Source: Acidobacteriota bacterium (GTDB lineage Bacteria > Acidobacteriota > Thermoanaerobaculia > UBA5066 > Gp7-AA6). Taken from it: 64,000 nt of DNA. The position numbers and the translations under genes are program-made. The stretch spans positions 200 through 64,199 of the forward strand of contig JBDTRB010000001.1 in the NCBI GenBank assembly GCA_039931865.1. The letters are read 5' to 3'. Positions 1 through 8,723 of the stretch are shown here, in pieces (within the stretch, counting starts at the first letter, position 1; each line of letters opens with the position of its first letter). A model generated the notes under the pieces. That model did not search any database. It saw only the letters and a program-made list of their open reading frames with translations, and was not told where the DNA came from.

Positions 1-840
1 CACCTTGGACGATCCCATGCCTGCCAGGTGCTGGATCGCTCCGGAAATGCCCGCCGCCACATAGAGCGTCGGGGAGACGACCTTGCCGGTCTGCCCGACC
101 TGATGTTGATGGTCGATCCATCCGGCGTCTACGACCGCGCGAGACGCGCCGAGCGCGGCGCCGAGTGCCTCCTGCAGATCGCGCACCAACGGCCAGTTCT
201 CGGGACCCTTGATGCCGCGGCCGCCCGAAACGATCACGTCGGCCTCCGACACGTCGATCTCCTTCGTCTCCGACGCCTCGATGCGGACGACCCGCGCGCG
301 CGGCGCGACGGCGGGTATCTCGAGCGTTTCTATTCGAGGCTCCGCCTCTTCCGACGGCTCGGCTGGAAAGACGTTCGGCCGGGTCGTCGCGATCTGGACT
401 TTCGATGCCCCGCAGTCGACTTCCGCGCGCGCCTTGCCCGAGTACACCGGCCTCCATCCGACCAGCTTGTCCGCCTCCAACCGCAGCTCCATCACGTCGG
501 CGAGGACGCCCGAGTCGTGCCGCGCGGCGAACCGGGGAGCGACGTCTTTCCCCATGGCAGTCGCTGCGATGAGAACGGCGTCCGGCGATTCCTTCGCCGT
601 CGCGGCATCCAGCGCGCCGACATACCCCTGACTGCTGTAGAGGGCGAGCTCTTCGCGGTCGGCGACGTACACCACCCCCGCGCCATATTTCCCGAGGTCG
701 TTCGCGAGCGCCGCGACGCCCTTGCCCGGCAGGACGGCCGCCACGGGCCCGCCGGCGAGGCGCCGGGCCACCGATAGCGCCTCGAGCGATGCCTTCCGGA
801 TCTTTCCGTCCCGCTGTTCGATGAAGACGAGGAATTTCAT
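1..840 (-). CDS. etfA: Electron transfer flavoprotein alpha subunit (partial; C-terminus lies beyond window start)
   Basis: Minus-strand translation from ATG (revcomp of cat 838-840) gives MKFLVFIEQRDGKIRKASLEAL...VVDAGWIDHQHQVGQTGKVVSPTLYVAAGISGAIQHLAGM, a classic EtfA FAD-binding C-terminal signature. Open to the window edge, hence absent from the ORF track. Lies immediately downstream of etfB. Confidence 0.85.
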   Translation of the reverse strand, partial: MKFLVFIEQRDGKIRKASLEALSVARRLAGGPVAAVLPGKGVAALANDLGKYGAGVVYVADREELALYSSQGYVGALDAATAKESPDAVLIAATAMGKDVAPRFAARHDSGVLADVMELRLEADKLVGWRPVYSGKARAEVDCGASKVQIATTRPNVFPAEPSEEAEPRIETLEIPAVAPRARVVRIEASETKEIDVSEADVIVSGGRGIKGPENWPLVRDLQEALGAALGASRAVVDAGWIDHQHQVGQTGKVVSPTLYVAAGISGAIQHLAGMGSSKV

Positions 841-843
841 GAG

Positions 844-973
844 TGGCTTTCAGCTGTCAGCCTTCAGCTGTCAGCGGCTTTCTCCTGGATCGGTCACAAT
901 TCGCCTGTCGCCTCGCCTGGAACCCCTCGCCCCACGTGCAGAGAGCTGCTGGCTGACAGCTGACAGCTGACAG
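844..973. repeat. Intergenic inverted repeat built from CAGCTGTCAG / CTGACAGCTG units between etfB and etfA
   Basis: cagctgtcagccttcagctgtcagc (844-868) and gctgacagctgacagctgacagct (about 949-973) are near-perfect reverse complements and each contains the PvuII-like palindrome CAGCTG repeated. Could form a long stem between the two etf genes. Confidence 0.5.
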
Positions 974-1759
974 CTACAGAACCTTCGCTTCTTCCCGCAG
1001 GAGCCGCACCAGCTCTTTGGCCGCGGCGGCCGGGTCGTCCGCGGGAATCAGGCGCACCGCCTGGCGGGGAGCGGGAAGCTCGAGCTTGCGCCAGCGAGTC
1101 TTCGCGGCTGCCGGGTCCGCTTCGGGGATGCCGAGCTCCGCGAGCTTCTTCTCGGCGATCGGCTTCTTCTTCGCGCCCATGATCCCCTTCAGCGACGCGT
1201 AGCGCGGCTCGTTCAAACCCTTCTGAGCGGTTAGAACGACGGGGAGCGCGGATTCCACGATCTCGTGCGCGCCTTCGATCTCGCGGCTCGCCGTCACCTT
1301 CCCGTCTCCGATCTCGAGGTGCATCACGTTGGCGACGTGCGGCAGGTCGAGGAGCTCCGCCGTCATCGCTCCCACGAGCGACTCGTCGGGACCGACGCCC
1401 TTCTGCCCGAACCAGAAGAAATCAAAGGTCGCGGACTTCGCTACCGCGGCGAGGGCCTTCGAGATCCCGAGAGCGTCGAGGTTCTTCGTTTCCCCGGTAT
1501 CGACCCACACGGCGTCGTCGGCGCCGCGCGCCAGGCACTCGCGCAGCCCGGTCTTGACGCGTTCCGGGCCCACGGAGACGACGGTCACGGTTCCCGCGCC
1601 CTTCGCCTCTTTCGTCTTCAACGCCTCTTCGAGCGCGTACTCGTCGTAGGGCGAGACGATCCATTTCACGTCGGATTCGTCAATCGACTTTCCGTCCGCG
1701 GCGATCTTGATCTTCGACTCCGTGTCCGGCACGTAGGCGATGGCGACGAGCGAGTTCAT
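974..1759 (-). CDS. etfB: Electron transfer flavoprotein beta subunit
   Basis: 261-aa ORF, MNSLVAIAYVPDTESKIKIAADGKSIDESDVKWIVSPYDEYALEEALK... typical EtfB. etfB-etfA gene order. Confidence 0.9.
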   Translation of the reverse strand: MNSLVAIAYVPDTESKIKIAADGKSIDESDVKWIVSPYDEYALEEALKTKEAKGAGTVTVVSVGPERVKTGLRECLARGADDAVWVDTGETKNLDALGISKALAAVAKSATFDFFWFGQKGVGPDESLVGAMTAELLDLPHVANVMHLEIGDGKVTASREIEGAHEIVESALPVVLTAQKGLNEPRYASLKGIMGAKKKPIAEKKLAELGIPEADPAAAKTRWRKLELPAPRQAVRLIPADDPAAAAKELVRLLREEAKVL

Positions 1760-1796
1760 GGGCGCGGAGACTCCTTCGGGCGGGGCCGACGCAAGG

Positions 1797-3056
1797 TCAT
1801 TCGACTCTCTTCAGAATCAGGCTTCCATTCGTCCCGCCGAAGCCGAACGAGTTCGAGAGCGCATATCGGACTCTCGACTGCCGCGCCGTGTTCGGAACGT
1901 AGTCGAGATCGCAGGCCGGGTCGGGGTTGGTGTAGTTGATCGTCGGGGGCAGGACCTGGTGGAAGACGGTCAGCGCGCAGATCGCGGTCTCGAGGCCCCC
2001 CGCTGCGCCGAGGAGATGCCCGGTCATCGATTTCGTCGAGGACACCGCCATCTCGTAGGCGTGCGGCCCGAAGACGGTCTTGATGGCGAGCGTCTCCGCC
2101 TTGTCGCCCGCGGGAGTGGAGGTCCCGTGCGCGTTGATGTAGTCGATCGCATCGGAGGGGATCTCCGCATCGGCGAGCGCGTTGCGCATGACGCGCGCCG
2201 GACCGTCCCCGTCCTCGGAAGGAGCGGCGATGTGAAAGGCATCGCCGGAGAGCCCGTAGCCGACCAGCTCGGCATAAATCCGCGCGCCGCGCCGCGTCGC
2301 CCCCTCCCACTCCTCCAGGATCACGAGGCCCGCTCCCTCTCCGATCACGAAGCCGTCCCGGTCCCGGTCCCAGGGCCGGGAGGCGCGGAGCGGATCGTCG
2401 TTGCGCGTCGAGAGCGCGCGCATCACGGCGAAGCCGCCGACCGCGAGCGGCGTGATGACCGACTCGGTGCCGCCGGCGATCGCGGCGTCGGCGTCGCCGT
2501 ACTGGATCATGCGATACGCCTCGCCGACGGCGTGCGCCCCGGTCGTACAGGCGGTGACGGTCGCGAGGTTGGGCCCCTTCATCCCGTACTTGATCGAGAT
2601 GTTGCCGGCCGCTTCGTTCACGATGAGGCCCGTGATGAAGAAGGGGGAGATGACCTTCGGGTTTCCGCCGCTATCGAAATACCGGCGGGCCGTCTCCTCG
2701 ATCAAAGGAAGTCCGCCGATCCCCGACCCGATGATGACGGCGACGCGCTCCCGGTTTTCGTCCGTCACCTGGAAGCCCGAGTCCTCCATCGCGAAGTGGG
2801 CGGCCCCCATCGCGTAGTGGATGAAGGTGTCCATCTTCTTGATTTCCTTCTTCTCGATGTAGAGAGAAGGATCGAAGCCCTTCACCTCGCCGGCGATCCG
2901 GCAGGTGAGGCGCGAGGCGTCAAAGCGGGTGATCGGGCCTATGCCGTTCCGGCCCGCGAGAAGGGCGTCCCAGTTTTCCGCGTTGCCGATGGCGAGCGGA
3001 GAAACCAGGCCGACCCCCGTCACGGCCACGCGGCGGGGAGAGGCGAAGCGGGGCAT
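1797..3056 (-). CDS. fabF: 3-oxoacyl-ACP synthase II
   Basis: 419 aa with the KAS II hallmarks (..ATVTACTTGAHAVGEA.., ..INAHGTSTPAGDKAE.., GHLLGAAGG). Sits downstream of acpP. Confidence 0.95.
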   Translation of the reverse strand: MPRFASPRRVAVTGVGLVSPLAIGNAENWDALLAGRNGIGPITRFDASRLTCRIAGEVKGFDPSLYIEKKEIKKMDTFIHYAMGAAHFAMEDSGFQVTDENRERVAVIIGSGIGGLPLIEETARRYFDSGGNPKVISPFFITGLIVNEAAGNISIKYGMKGPNLATVTACTTGAHAVGEAYRMIQYGDADAAIAGGTESVITPLAVGGFAVMRALSTRNDDPLRASRPWDRDRDGFVIGEGAGLVILEEWEGATRRGARIYAELVGYGLSGDAFHIAAPSEDGDGPARVMRNALADAEIPSDAIDYINAHGTSTPAGDKAETLAIKTVFGPHAYEMAVSSTKSMTGHLLGAAGGLETAICALTVFHQVLPPTINYTNPDPACDLDYVPNTARQSRVRYALSNSFGFGGTNGSLILKRVE

Positions 3057-3062
3057 GTTTCG

Positions 3063-3302
3063 TCAGGCTTGCGAGGAGTTCTTCTGAATGTACTCGACGG
3101 CGTCCTTGACCTTCTGGATCTTCTCCGCGGCCTCGTCCGGGATCTCGATGTTGAAGGCTTCCTCGAAGGCCATGACGAGCTCGACCGTGTCCAGCGAATC
3201 GGCGCCCAGGTCGTCGACGAATGACGCTTCGGGCGTCACCTCGTTGGCATCGACGCCGAGCTGCTCGACGATGATGCTCTTGACCTTCTCTTCCACACTC
3301 AT
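3063..3302 (-). CDS. acpP: Acyl carrier protein
   Basis: 79 aa, [62 protein letters not shown], with the DSLD phosphopantetheine site. GGAGG RBS 8 nt upstream. Confidence 0.95.
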   Translation of the reverse strand: MSVEEKVKSIIVEQLGVDANEVTPEASFVDDLGADSLDTVELVMAFEEAFNIEIPDEAAEKIQKVKDAVEYIQKNSSQA

Positions 3303-3379
3303 TTCGATCCTCCCCTTCCCTGCGAAAATACCGCCCTGTTTCTATCCGATGCGCCCGGCCCGGGCGGCGGGGCCCAACC

Positions 3380-3406
3380 GTATAAGGGAAGGGCGCGGGA
3401 GGTCAA
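3380..3406 (-). promoter_or_regulatory. Candidate sigma-70-type promoter for acpP (TTGACC-15 bp-TTATAC on minus strand)
   Basis: The revcomp of 3380-3406 reads TTGACCtcccgcgcccttcccTTATAC, about 75 bp upstream of the acpP start. Assessed by eye only. Confidence 0.3.
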
Positions 3407-3419
3407 ATCGGAGCAGGTT

Positions 3420-3565
3420 CGGGAATCGGGAGCCGAGCGACCAGCGGGAGCGAGACGGCCGCGGTACTCCGCGGTCAACTCGCCTTGCCTGATCGGGAAT
3501 CGGGAAACCCGGGGTTAAGAATTTCCTCGCCCTTCGATTCCCGATTCCCGATTACCGATTCCCGG
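3420..3565. repeat. Interspersed repeat element copy A: (CGGGAAT)2 - 58-bp GC-rich hairpin core - (CGGGAAT)2 - about 30-bp spacer - (GATTCCC)4
   Basis: Core is GGGAGCCGAGCGACCAGCGGGAGCGAGACGGCCGCGGTACTCCGCGGTCAACTCGCC, containing the CCGCGG-TACT-CCGCGG hairpin. Near-identical cores recur at 25072-25246 (two tandem copies), 25572-25661 (reverse orientation) and 43117-43230. Heptamer arrays at the two ends are in inverted orientation, TIR-like. Lies between fabG and the acpP promoter. Confidence 0.7.
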
Positions 3566-3581
3566 CGAGGCCCCGCCCCGG

Positions 3582-4322
3582 CTAGATCAACAGCCCCCCC
3601 GACACATTCAGCACGATCCCGGTCACGTAGGCCGCCTCTTCCGACGCCAGGTAAGCGACTGCCGACGCGACGTCGGAGGGCTCGCCCAGCCGGCCGAGCG
3701 GGATCTGGCCCGAGAGGGTCTGCCGCGCCTCTTCCGTCATTTTCGACGTCATCGCGGTCGCGATGAAGCCCGGAGCGACCGCGTTGCAGGTGATGTTTCG
3801 GGAGGCGAGCTCCCGCGCGACCGACTTGGTGAAACCGATCACCCCGGCCTTCGAAGCCGCGTAGTTGGCCTGGCCCGCGTTGCCCATCATGCCCACTACC
3901 GACGTGACGTTGACGATCCTCCCGTAGCGCTTCTTGACCATGGACTTGATGACCGCCTGAGTGAGGAGAAAGACGCCGGTCAGGTTCGTCCCGATGACCC
4001 GGTCCCACGACTCCCGGGACATGCGCAGCAGCAGGTTGTCCTCGGTGACCCCGGCGTTGTTGACGAGCACGTCCACCGGCCCCTCCGCGAGGGCGGATTT
4101 TGCGCCAGCTTCGATGGATGTGGCATCCGAAAGATCCAGCGGGAGCGCCCGCGCCCGGCCGCCCGCCTCCGTGATTCCAGCGACCACGCGCTCGAGATCC
4201 GCGGCCGTTCTCGCCGCCGCGACCACGAACGCTCCCTCGGAGGCGAGCCGGCGCGCCACGGCCTCCCCGATGCCCCGCGACGCCCCGGTGACGAGCGCGG
4301 TCCTGCCTTCGAAACGGTTCAT
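3582..4322 (-). CDS. fabG: 3-oxoacyl-ACP reductase
   Basis: 246-aa short-chain dehydrogenase (SDR), TALVTGASRGIGEAVARRLA... ...NAVAPGFIATAMT, in fab cluster context. Confidence 0.9.
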   Translation of the reverse strand: MNRFEGRTALVTGASRGIGEAVARRLASEGAFVVAAARTAADLERVVAGITEAGGRARALPLDLSDATSIEAGAKSALAEGPVDVLVNNAGVTEDNLLLRMSRESWDRVIGTNLTGVFLLTQAVIKSMVKKRYGRIVNVTSVVGMMGNAGQANYAASKAGVIGFTKSVARELASRNITCNAVAPGFIATAMTSKMTEEARQTLSGQIPLGRLGEPSDVASAVAYLASEEAAYVTGIVLNVSGGLLI

Positions 4323-4341
4323 GTCTCCCCCACTCCGGATC

Positions 4342-5328
4342 CTACTCGGGCTTCGCCGTCACGTCCGGCAGGGCGCGCGTCCAGGCCGCGACGATCGCGC
4401 GCGCCACGTCCGCGATCGCGAGAATGGAGGGATGGTCAGCGGACGAGGCGCTGTCGGAATCGCTTCCGTCCGTCAGGATCGCGATCGCGAAGCGCCCCTT
4501 CTTGGTCCGCAGGATGCCGGCGTCGTTTCGGACGCCGTGCATCGAACCTGACTTTCCGGCCCACAGATCTTCGGAGGAAAACCGGCGTGCGATCCGCAGC
4601 CGGGTCGGCTCTTTGTCGAGATACGCAAAAATGCGAAGGGAGGAAGCTCGGTCGAGGAGCTCTCCCCGGGCGACGCGCGCCATCCACTCCGCCGCGTCGC
4701 GGGGAGTCAGGAGGCCCAGCCGAAACCCTTTCCACGGCGAAGGCGTTTCGGAGGAGCGCGTCAACGCCGGGAGCTTTGCGAACAGCCGGTACCGGGGAAA
4801 GCCGAGCGCGGCCATCCGGGCGTTGATCCTTTCGATCCCGAGACGGTCGATCCACGCGTTCGTGGCGGTGTTGTCGGACGGGCCGATCATCAGGGTCAGG
4901 AGGTCGTTCCACGTCGGGCTCAACCCCGGGTCCAGGATCAAAAGGGTGCCAGATCCGCTCGCTTTCTTCTCGTCGGTCAGCGTCCATCGCCCGGCGAGGT
5001 CGATCTCTCCGTCGCGGACCCGCGCCATCGCTTCGGAGAGGATCCCGATCTTGACCACGGACGCCGCTTCGAACTCCTGGTCCGCCCTGTTTTCATAAAC
5101 GCGACCGCTCTCGAGATGCCGCGCCGAGACCCCGATGCGGCACCCGCAACGCCGTGAGGCCGCCGCGACGGCGCCGTCGAGCGCCGCCGCGCTTCCCTCC
5201 GGAATTGTGCCGGTGGTCGCGCAGGAGGAGACGAGCACCGGGACCAGGAGGAGGACAGCCCGGGCGGAGCCGCTCCACGCCCGCGCGAGACCCCTGAAGA
5301 CGCTCCCGGAAGCCCGGCTCGCCGTCAT
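4342..5328 (-). CDS. Class A beta-lactamase-family serine hydrolase, predicted lipoprotein
   Basis: 328 aa. Signal/lipobox (LLLVPVLVSSCATTG); SxxK (ASVVK), SDN (GPSDNTATN) and KSG (AGKSGSM) motifs in class A order and spacing. Start ATG overlaps the fabD stop (ATGA at 5327-5330). Confidence 0.75.
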   Translation of the reverse strand: MTASRASGSVFRGLARAWSGSARAVLLLVPVLVSSCATTGTIPEGSAAALDGAVAAASRRCGCRIGVSARHLESGRVYENRADQEFEAASVVKIGILSEAMARVRDGEIDLAGRWTLTDEKKASGSGTLLILDPGLSPTWNDLLTLMIGPSDNTATNAWIDRLGIERINARMAALGFPRYRLFAKLPALTRSSETPSPWKGFRLGLLTPRDAAEWMARVARGELLDRASSLRIFAYLDKEPTRLRIARRFSSEDLWAGKSGSMHGVRNDAGILRTKKGRFAIAILTDGSDSDSASSADHPSILAIADVARAIVAAWTRALPDVTAKPE

Positions 5329-6230
5329 CAGGCGAAGTTCTCCAGCCGGATCGAGCGGTCGATGCGTTTCACCAGCCCCGAAAGCACCGTCCCCGGACCG
5401 ATCTCCAGGACGCGGTCGACGCCGTCGGCGGCCAGGCGCCGGACGGTCTCGACCCAGCGGACAGGCCCGTCGATCTGCCGGCCGAGCGCGTCGCGCAGCT
5501 CACCGGCGTTCACGACCGGCCGCGCGTCCACGTTCGTGACGACCGGAATCCGCGCGTCCGCCATAGCCGCGTCGCGCAGGAGTGGCTCCAGGCGCTCGCG
5601 CGCGGGCGCCATCAGCGCGCAGTGGAAGGGAGCGGAGACCGCCAGCGGGATTGCGCGCTTTGCGCCCAGCGCCGTGCACGCCAGGCAGGCCCGGCCGACC
5701 GCCGCGGAGTGCCCCGCGATGACGGTCTGTTCCGGGGAGTTGAAGTTCGCGGGCGCGACGATCTGGCCCTGCGCCGCTTCCGCGCACGAAGCCTCCACGT
5801 CCTCCGCGGAAAGGCCGAGAATCGCCGCCATGGAACCGACGCCGGGAGGGACCGCCTCCTGCATGAACCGGCCGCGCTCCCGCACGAGCCGCAGGGCGTC
5901 GGCAAAGCTCAGCGTCCCGGCGGCCACGAGCGCAGAGTACTCGCCGAGAGAGTGTCCCGCGGCGAACGCGACGTCCGAGAGCCTTTGCGGCGACGCCGAT
6001 TCGAGCTCGCGCAGCGCGGCGATCGAGTGCGTCAGGATCGCCGGCTGAGTGTTGATCGTCGAGCGGAGCTCTTCTTCGGGCCCTTCGAAGCAGAGGGCAG
6101 AAAGCTCGAATCCGAGCGCCGAGTCGGCCTCCGCGAAGACGCGCCGCGCCGCCTCCGAGGCCTCGTAGAGCGCCTTTCCCATCCCGACGGATTGCGAGCC
6201 CTGGCCGGGAAAGAGAAGTGCCAGCGACAT
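5328..6230 (-). CDS. fabD: Malonyl-CoA:ACP transacylase
   Basis: 300 aa, MSLALLFPGQGSQSVGMGKALYE..., GHSLGEYSALVAAG active-site motif. Confidence 0.9.
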   Translation of the reverse strand: MSLALLFPGQGSQSVGMGKALYEASEAARRVFAEADSALGFELSALCFEGPEEELRSTINTQPAILTHSIAALRELESASPQRLSDVAFAAGHSLGEYSALVAAGTLSFADALRLVRERGRFMQEAVPPGVGSMAAILGLSAEDVEASCAEAAQGQIVAPANFNSPEQTVIAGHSAAVGRACLACTALGAKRAIPLAVSAPFHCALMAPARERLEPLLRDAAMADARIPVVTNVDARPVVNAGELRDALGRQIDGPVRWVETVRRLAADGVDRVLEIGPGTVLSGLVKRIDRSIRLENFA

Positions 6231-6289
6231 GCGAAGAGCCTAACGCCGAACGGGTCGCGGGCCGAAGCGCGCCGCGCAGGCGGGCCGTC

Positions 6290-7273
6290 TCACCAGCGTA
6301 CCAGGACGGATCCCCAGACGAGGCCGGCGCCGAAGGCCGTCATCAGGATGAGATCCCCGCTCTTGATCATTCCGCCGCGCACACACTCGTCCAGAGCGAT
6401 CGGGATCGAAGCTGCCGAGGTGTTTCCGTAGCGGTCGACGTTCTTGAAGACCCGGTCGGCGGGAAACTTCATCCGCTCTCCGACGGCGTCGATGATCCGC
6501 GCGTTCGCCTGGTGCGGAATGAAGAGCCGGATTTCCTCCTTTTCGAAGCCCTGCTCCGCGAGCAGCTCGGAGCTCACGTCCGCCATCGCCTTCACCGCGA
6601 CCTTGAACGTCTCGTTGCCGCGCATCCGGATGAAGGAGAGCCGGTCCTCTTGCGTTTTAGGGTCGTTCGCCGGATGGTTCGATCCCCCTCCCGGCATGGA
6701 GATGAAATCGCTGTAGCTCCCGTTCGACTTCATGCGGCTGCCGAGAATGCCGTGGTCGCCGCGGGTGGCCTGGAGGACGACCGCCCCGGCGCCATCGCCG
6801 AAAAGGACGCAGGTCGAGCGGTCCGTCCAGTCGACGTACCGCGACAGGATCTCGCCACCGATCACGAGGACGTTCTCCGCCTTGTGCGACTGGATGAGCC
6901 CGTCCGCAAGATGCAGCGCGTAGAGAAACCCGACGCAGGCCGCAGACACGTCCGACGCCGCCGCCCGGGTCGCGCCGATGTTGCGCTGCACCAGGCACGA
7001 CGTCGCCGGAAACAGCATGTCCGACGAAATCGTCCCCACGAGGATCATGTCCAGGTCTTCGGGCTTCACCTTCGCGCGCTTCAATGCCTCCAGAGCGGCG
7101 TGCGTGCAGAGGTCGGAGAACTTCTCGCCGGGAGAGACGATGTGCCGCTCGCGGATCCCGGTGCGGTCCCGGATCCACTGATCGGAGGTGTTGACGAGCT
7201 TTTCGAGATCGGCGTTCGTCAGGAGCTTCTTCGGAACCCCGGCGCCGGTTCCGATGATCTTCGCGCGCATCAT
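6290..7273 (-). CDS. fabH: 3-oxoacyl-ACP synthase III
   Basis: 327 aa, MMRAKIIGTGAGVPKKLLTNADLEKLVNTSDQWIRDRTGIRERHI..., KAS III. Confidence 0.9.
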   Translation of the reverse strand: MMRAKIIGTGAGVPKKLLTNADLEKLVNTSDQWIRDRTGIRERHIVSPGEKFSDLCTHAALEALKRAKVKPEDLDMILVGTISSDMLFPATSCLVQRNIGATRAAASDVSAACVGFLYALHLADGLIQSHKAENVLVIGGEILSRYVDWTDRSTCVLFGDGAGAVVLQATRGDHGILGSRMKSNGSYSDFISMPGGGSNHPANDPKTQEDRLSFIRMRGNETFKVAVKAMADVSSELLAEQGFEKEEIRLFIPHQANARIIDAVGERMKFPADRVFKNVDRYGNTSAASIPIALDECVRGGMIKSGDLILMTAFGAGLVWGSVLVRW

Positions 7274-7316
7274 GGCGCGGCTCGCAATTCGATCCCCGCC
7301 GGAAGCAGAGGAGCGC

Positions 7317-8333
7317 CTACCCCTGCGCCTGCGCGTCGCGCGTGTGCAGCTCGGCGATCGAGGACTGGATCTTCTCGGCGAGATTCTGGCGGGAAAACTC
7401 GGCCGCGAGGCGAATGGCGTTCTTGATCGCCTTCGCGCTCGAGCGGCCGTGGCAGATGATCACGCATCCCTTGAGACCCAGAAGCGGCGCCCCGCCGTAT
7501 TCGGAATAGTCGAGTCGCGTCTTGAAGCTCCGGAACGCGGAGCGCGACAGCAGGAAGCCGACGGAGGCCTGAAGCGTCTTCTTGATCTCCTCACGGAGAA
7601 GCTGTTCGACCATTTCAGACAGCGATTCCGACACCTTCAGGATGACGTTGCCCGTGAACCCGTCGGTGACGATGACGTCCACCTTGCCGGTGAAGACATC
7701 CCGCCCCTCGACATTGCCGATGAAGTTCAGCCCCGCTTCCTTGAGCCCTTTGAAGGCCTCCTTCGTCCGATCCGTTCCCTTCGAGTCCTCCTCGCCGATC
7801 GACATGAGCCCGATCGAAGGATTCGGCTTCCCGAAGGCGAGCTGGGCGTAGAGCGATCCCATAACCGCGAATTCCTTGAAGTGGGACGTCTTCGCTTCGG
7901 GGTTGGCTCCGACGTCGAGCAGCAGACAGTGTCCGGAGAGATTGGGAAGCACGGTCGCGAGCGCCGGCCGGTCGACGCCCTCGATGGTGCCGATCACCAT
8001 TTTCGCCGAAACCATGGCCGCGCCGGTGTGGCCTGCGGACACGAGCCCCGCGGCCCTCCCGTCGCGAACGCAGTTCGCCGCGATGCGGATGGAGGAATTG
8101 CGTTTCTTCCGGATCGCCGCCGTCGCCGGATCGTCCATTTCGACCACCTCGGTCGCTTCGACGATCTCGATCTGCCGTCCGGCGTCACCCGCCGCCGCGA
8201 GAAGCGGCTCGAGCGCCGCTGGCTTTCCGACGAGGAGCGAGGAGATTCCAAACTCCCGCGCCGCCGCGATGGCGCCGTCCACGTTCACGCGCGGCGCGTG
8301 ATCGCCGCCCATCGCATCGACCGCGATCCGCAT
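7317..8333 (-). CDS. plsX: Phosphate acyltransferase PlsX
   Basis: Track ORF 7317-8360, but the conserved N-terminus begins at the internal MRIAVDAMGGDHAPRVNVDG, so start placed at 8333. rpmF-plsX-fabH synteny. Confidence 0.85.
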   Translation of the reverse strand: MRIAVDAMGGDHAPRVNVDGAIAAAREFGISSLLVGKPAALEPLLAAAGDAGRQIEIVEATEVVEMDDPATAAIRKKRNSSIRIAANCVRDGRAAGLVSAGHTGAAMVSAKMVIGTIEGVDRPALATVLPNLSGHCLLLDVGANPEAKTSHFKEFAVMGSLYAQLAFGKPNPSIGLMSIGEEDSKGTDRTKEAFKGLKEAGLNFIGNVEGRDVFTGKVDVIVTDGFTGNVILKVSESLSEMVEQLLREEIKKTLQASVGFLLSRSAFRSFKTRLDYSEYGGAPLLGLKGCVIICHGRSSAKAIKNAIRLAAEFSRQNLAEKIQSSIAELHTRDAQAQG

Positions 8334-8542
8334 GATCAGAGAGTGAACCTCGTTCGGCACGCTCCCGGGATTATAGCGAGAGGGAATCGAGGCGGAAGGG
8401 GGCAGGAAGGCGAAGGGCGGAGAAGGCGAACGTGACAGGCGACAGGAAAACTGGAACAGGGGCCGGACGTTTCAGGAACACACCTTTCAGAAACGCCCTG
8501 CGCCGTTCGCCCTACCCCCTTCGCCTGCGTGAGCGAGCGCGC

Positions 8543-8716
8543 TCACGCATTGATCGTCTGCTTGCCTTTGTAGTGTCCGCAGTGCGGGCACACGCGATGC
8601 GGCTGCTTCATCTCCTGGCAGTTCGGGCAGCCGGAAAGCGCGGGAGGCGTCAGGGCATCGTGCGCGCGGCGTTTGTCGCGGCGGGCTTTGCTGTGGCGGC
8701 GTTTGGGATTGGGCAT
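8543..8716 (-). CDS. rpmF: 50S ribosomal protein L32
   Basis: Hand-translated (below the track's length cutoff): MPNPKRRHSKARRDKRRAHDALTPPALSGCPNCQEMKQPHRVCPHCGHYKGKQTINA. L32 N-terminal motif and Cys4 zinc ribbon. Sits between yceD and plsX as in most bacteria. Confidence 0.85.
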   Translation of the reverse strand: MPNPKRRHSKARRDKRRAHDALTPPALSGCPNCQEMKQPHRVCPHCGHYKGKQTINA

Positions 8717-8723
8717 CGTAGAC

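Noticed and set aside
28-777. 249-aa plus-strand ORF at the window start
   Set aside because: Arg/Asp-rich, no homology; it is the antisense shadow of etfA, whose minus-strand translation gives a perfect EtfA.
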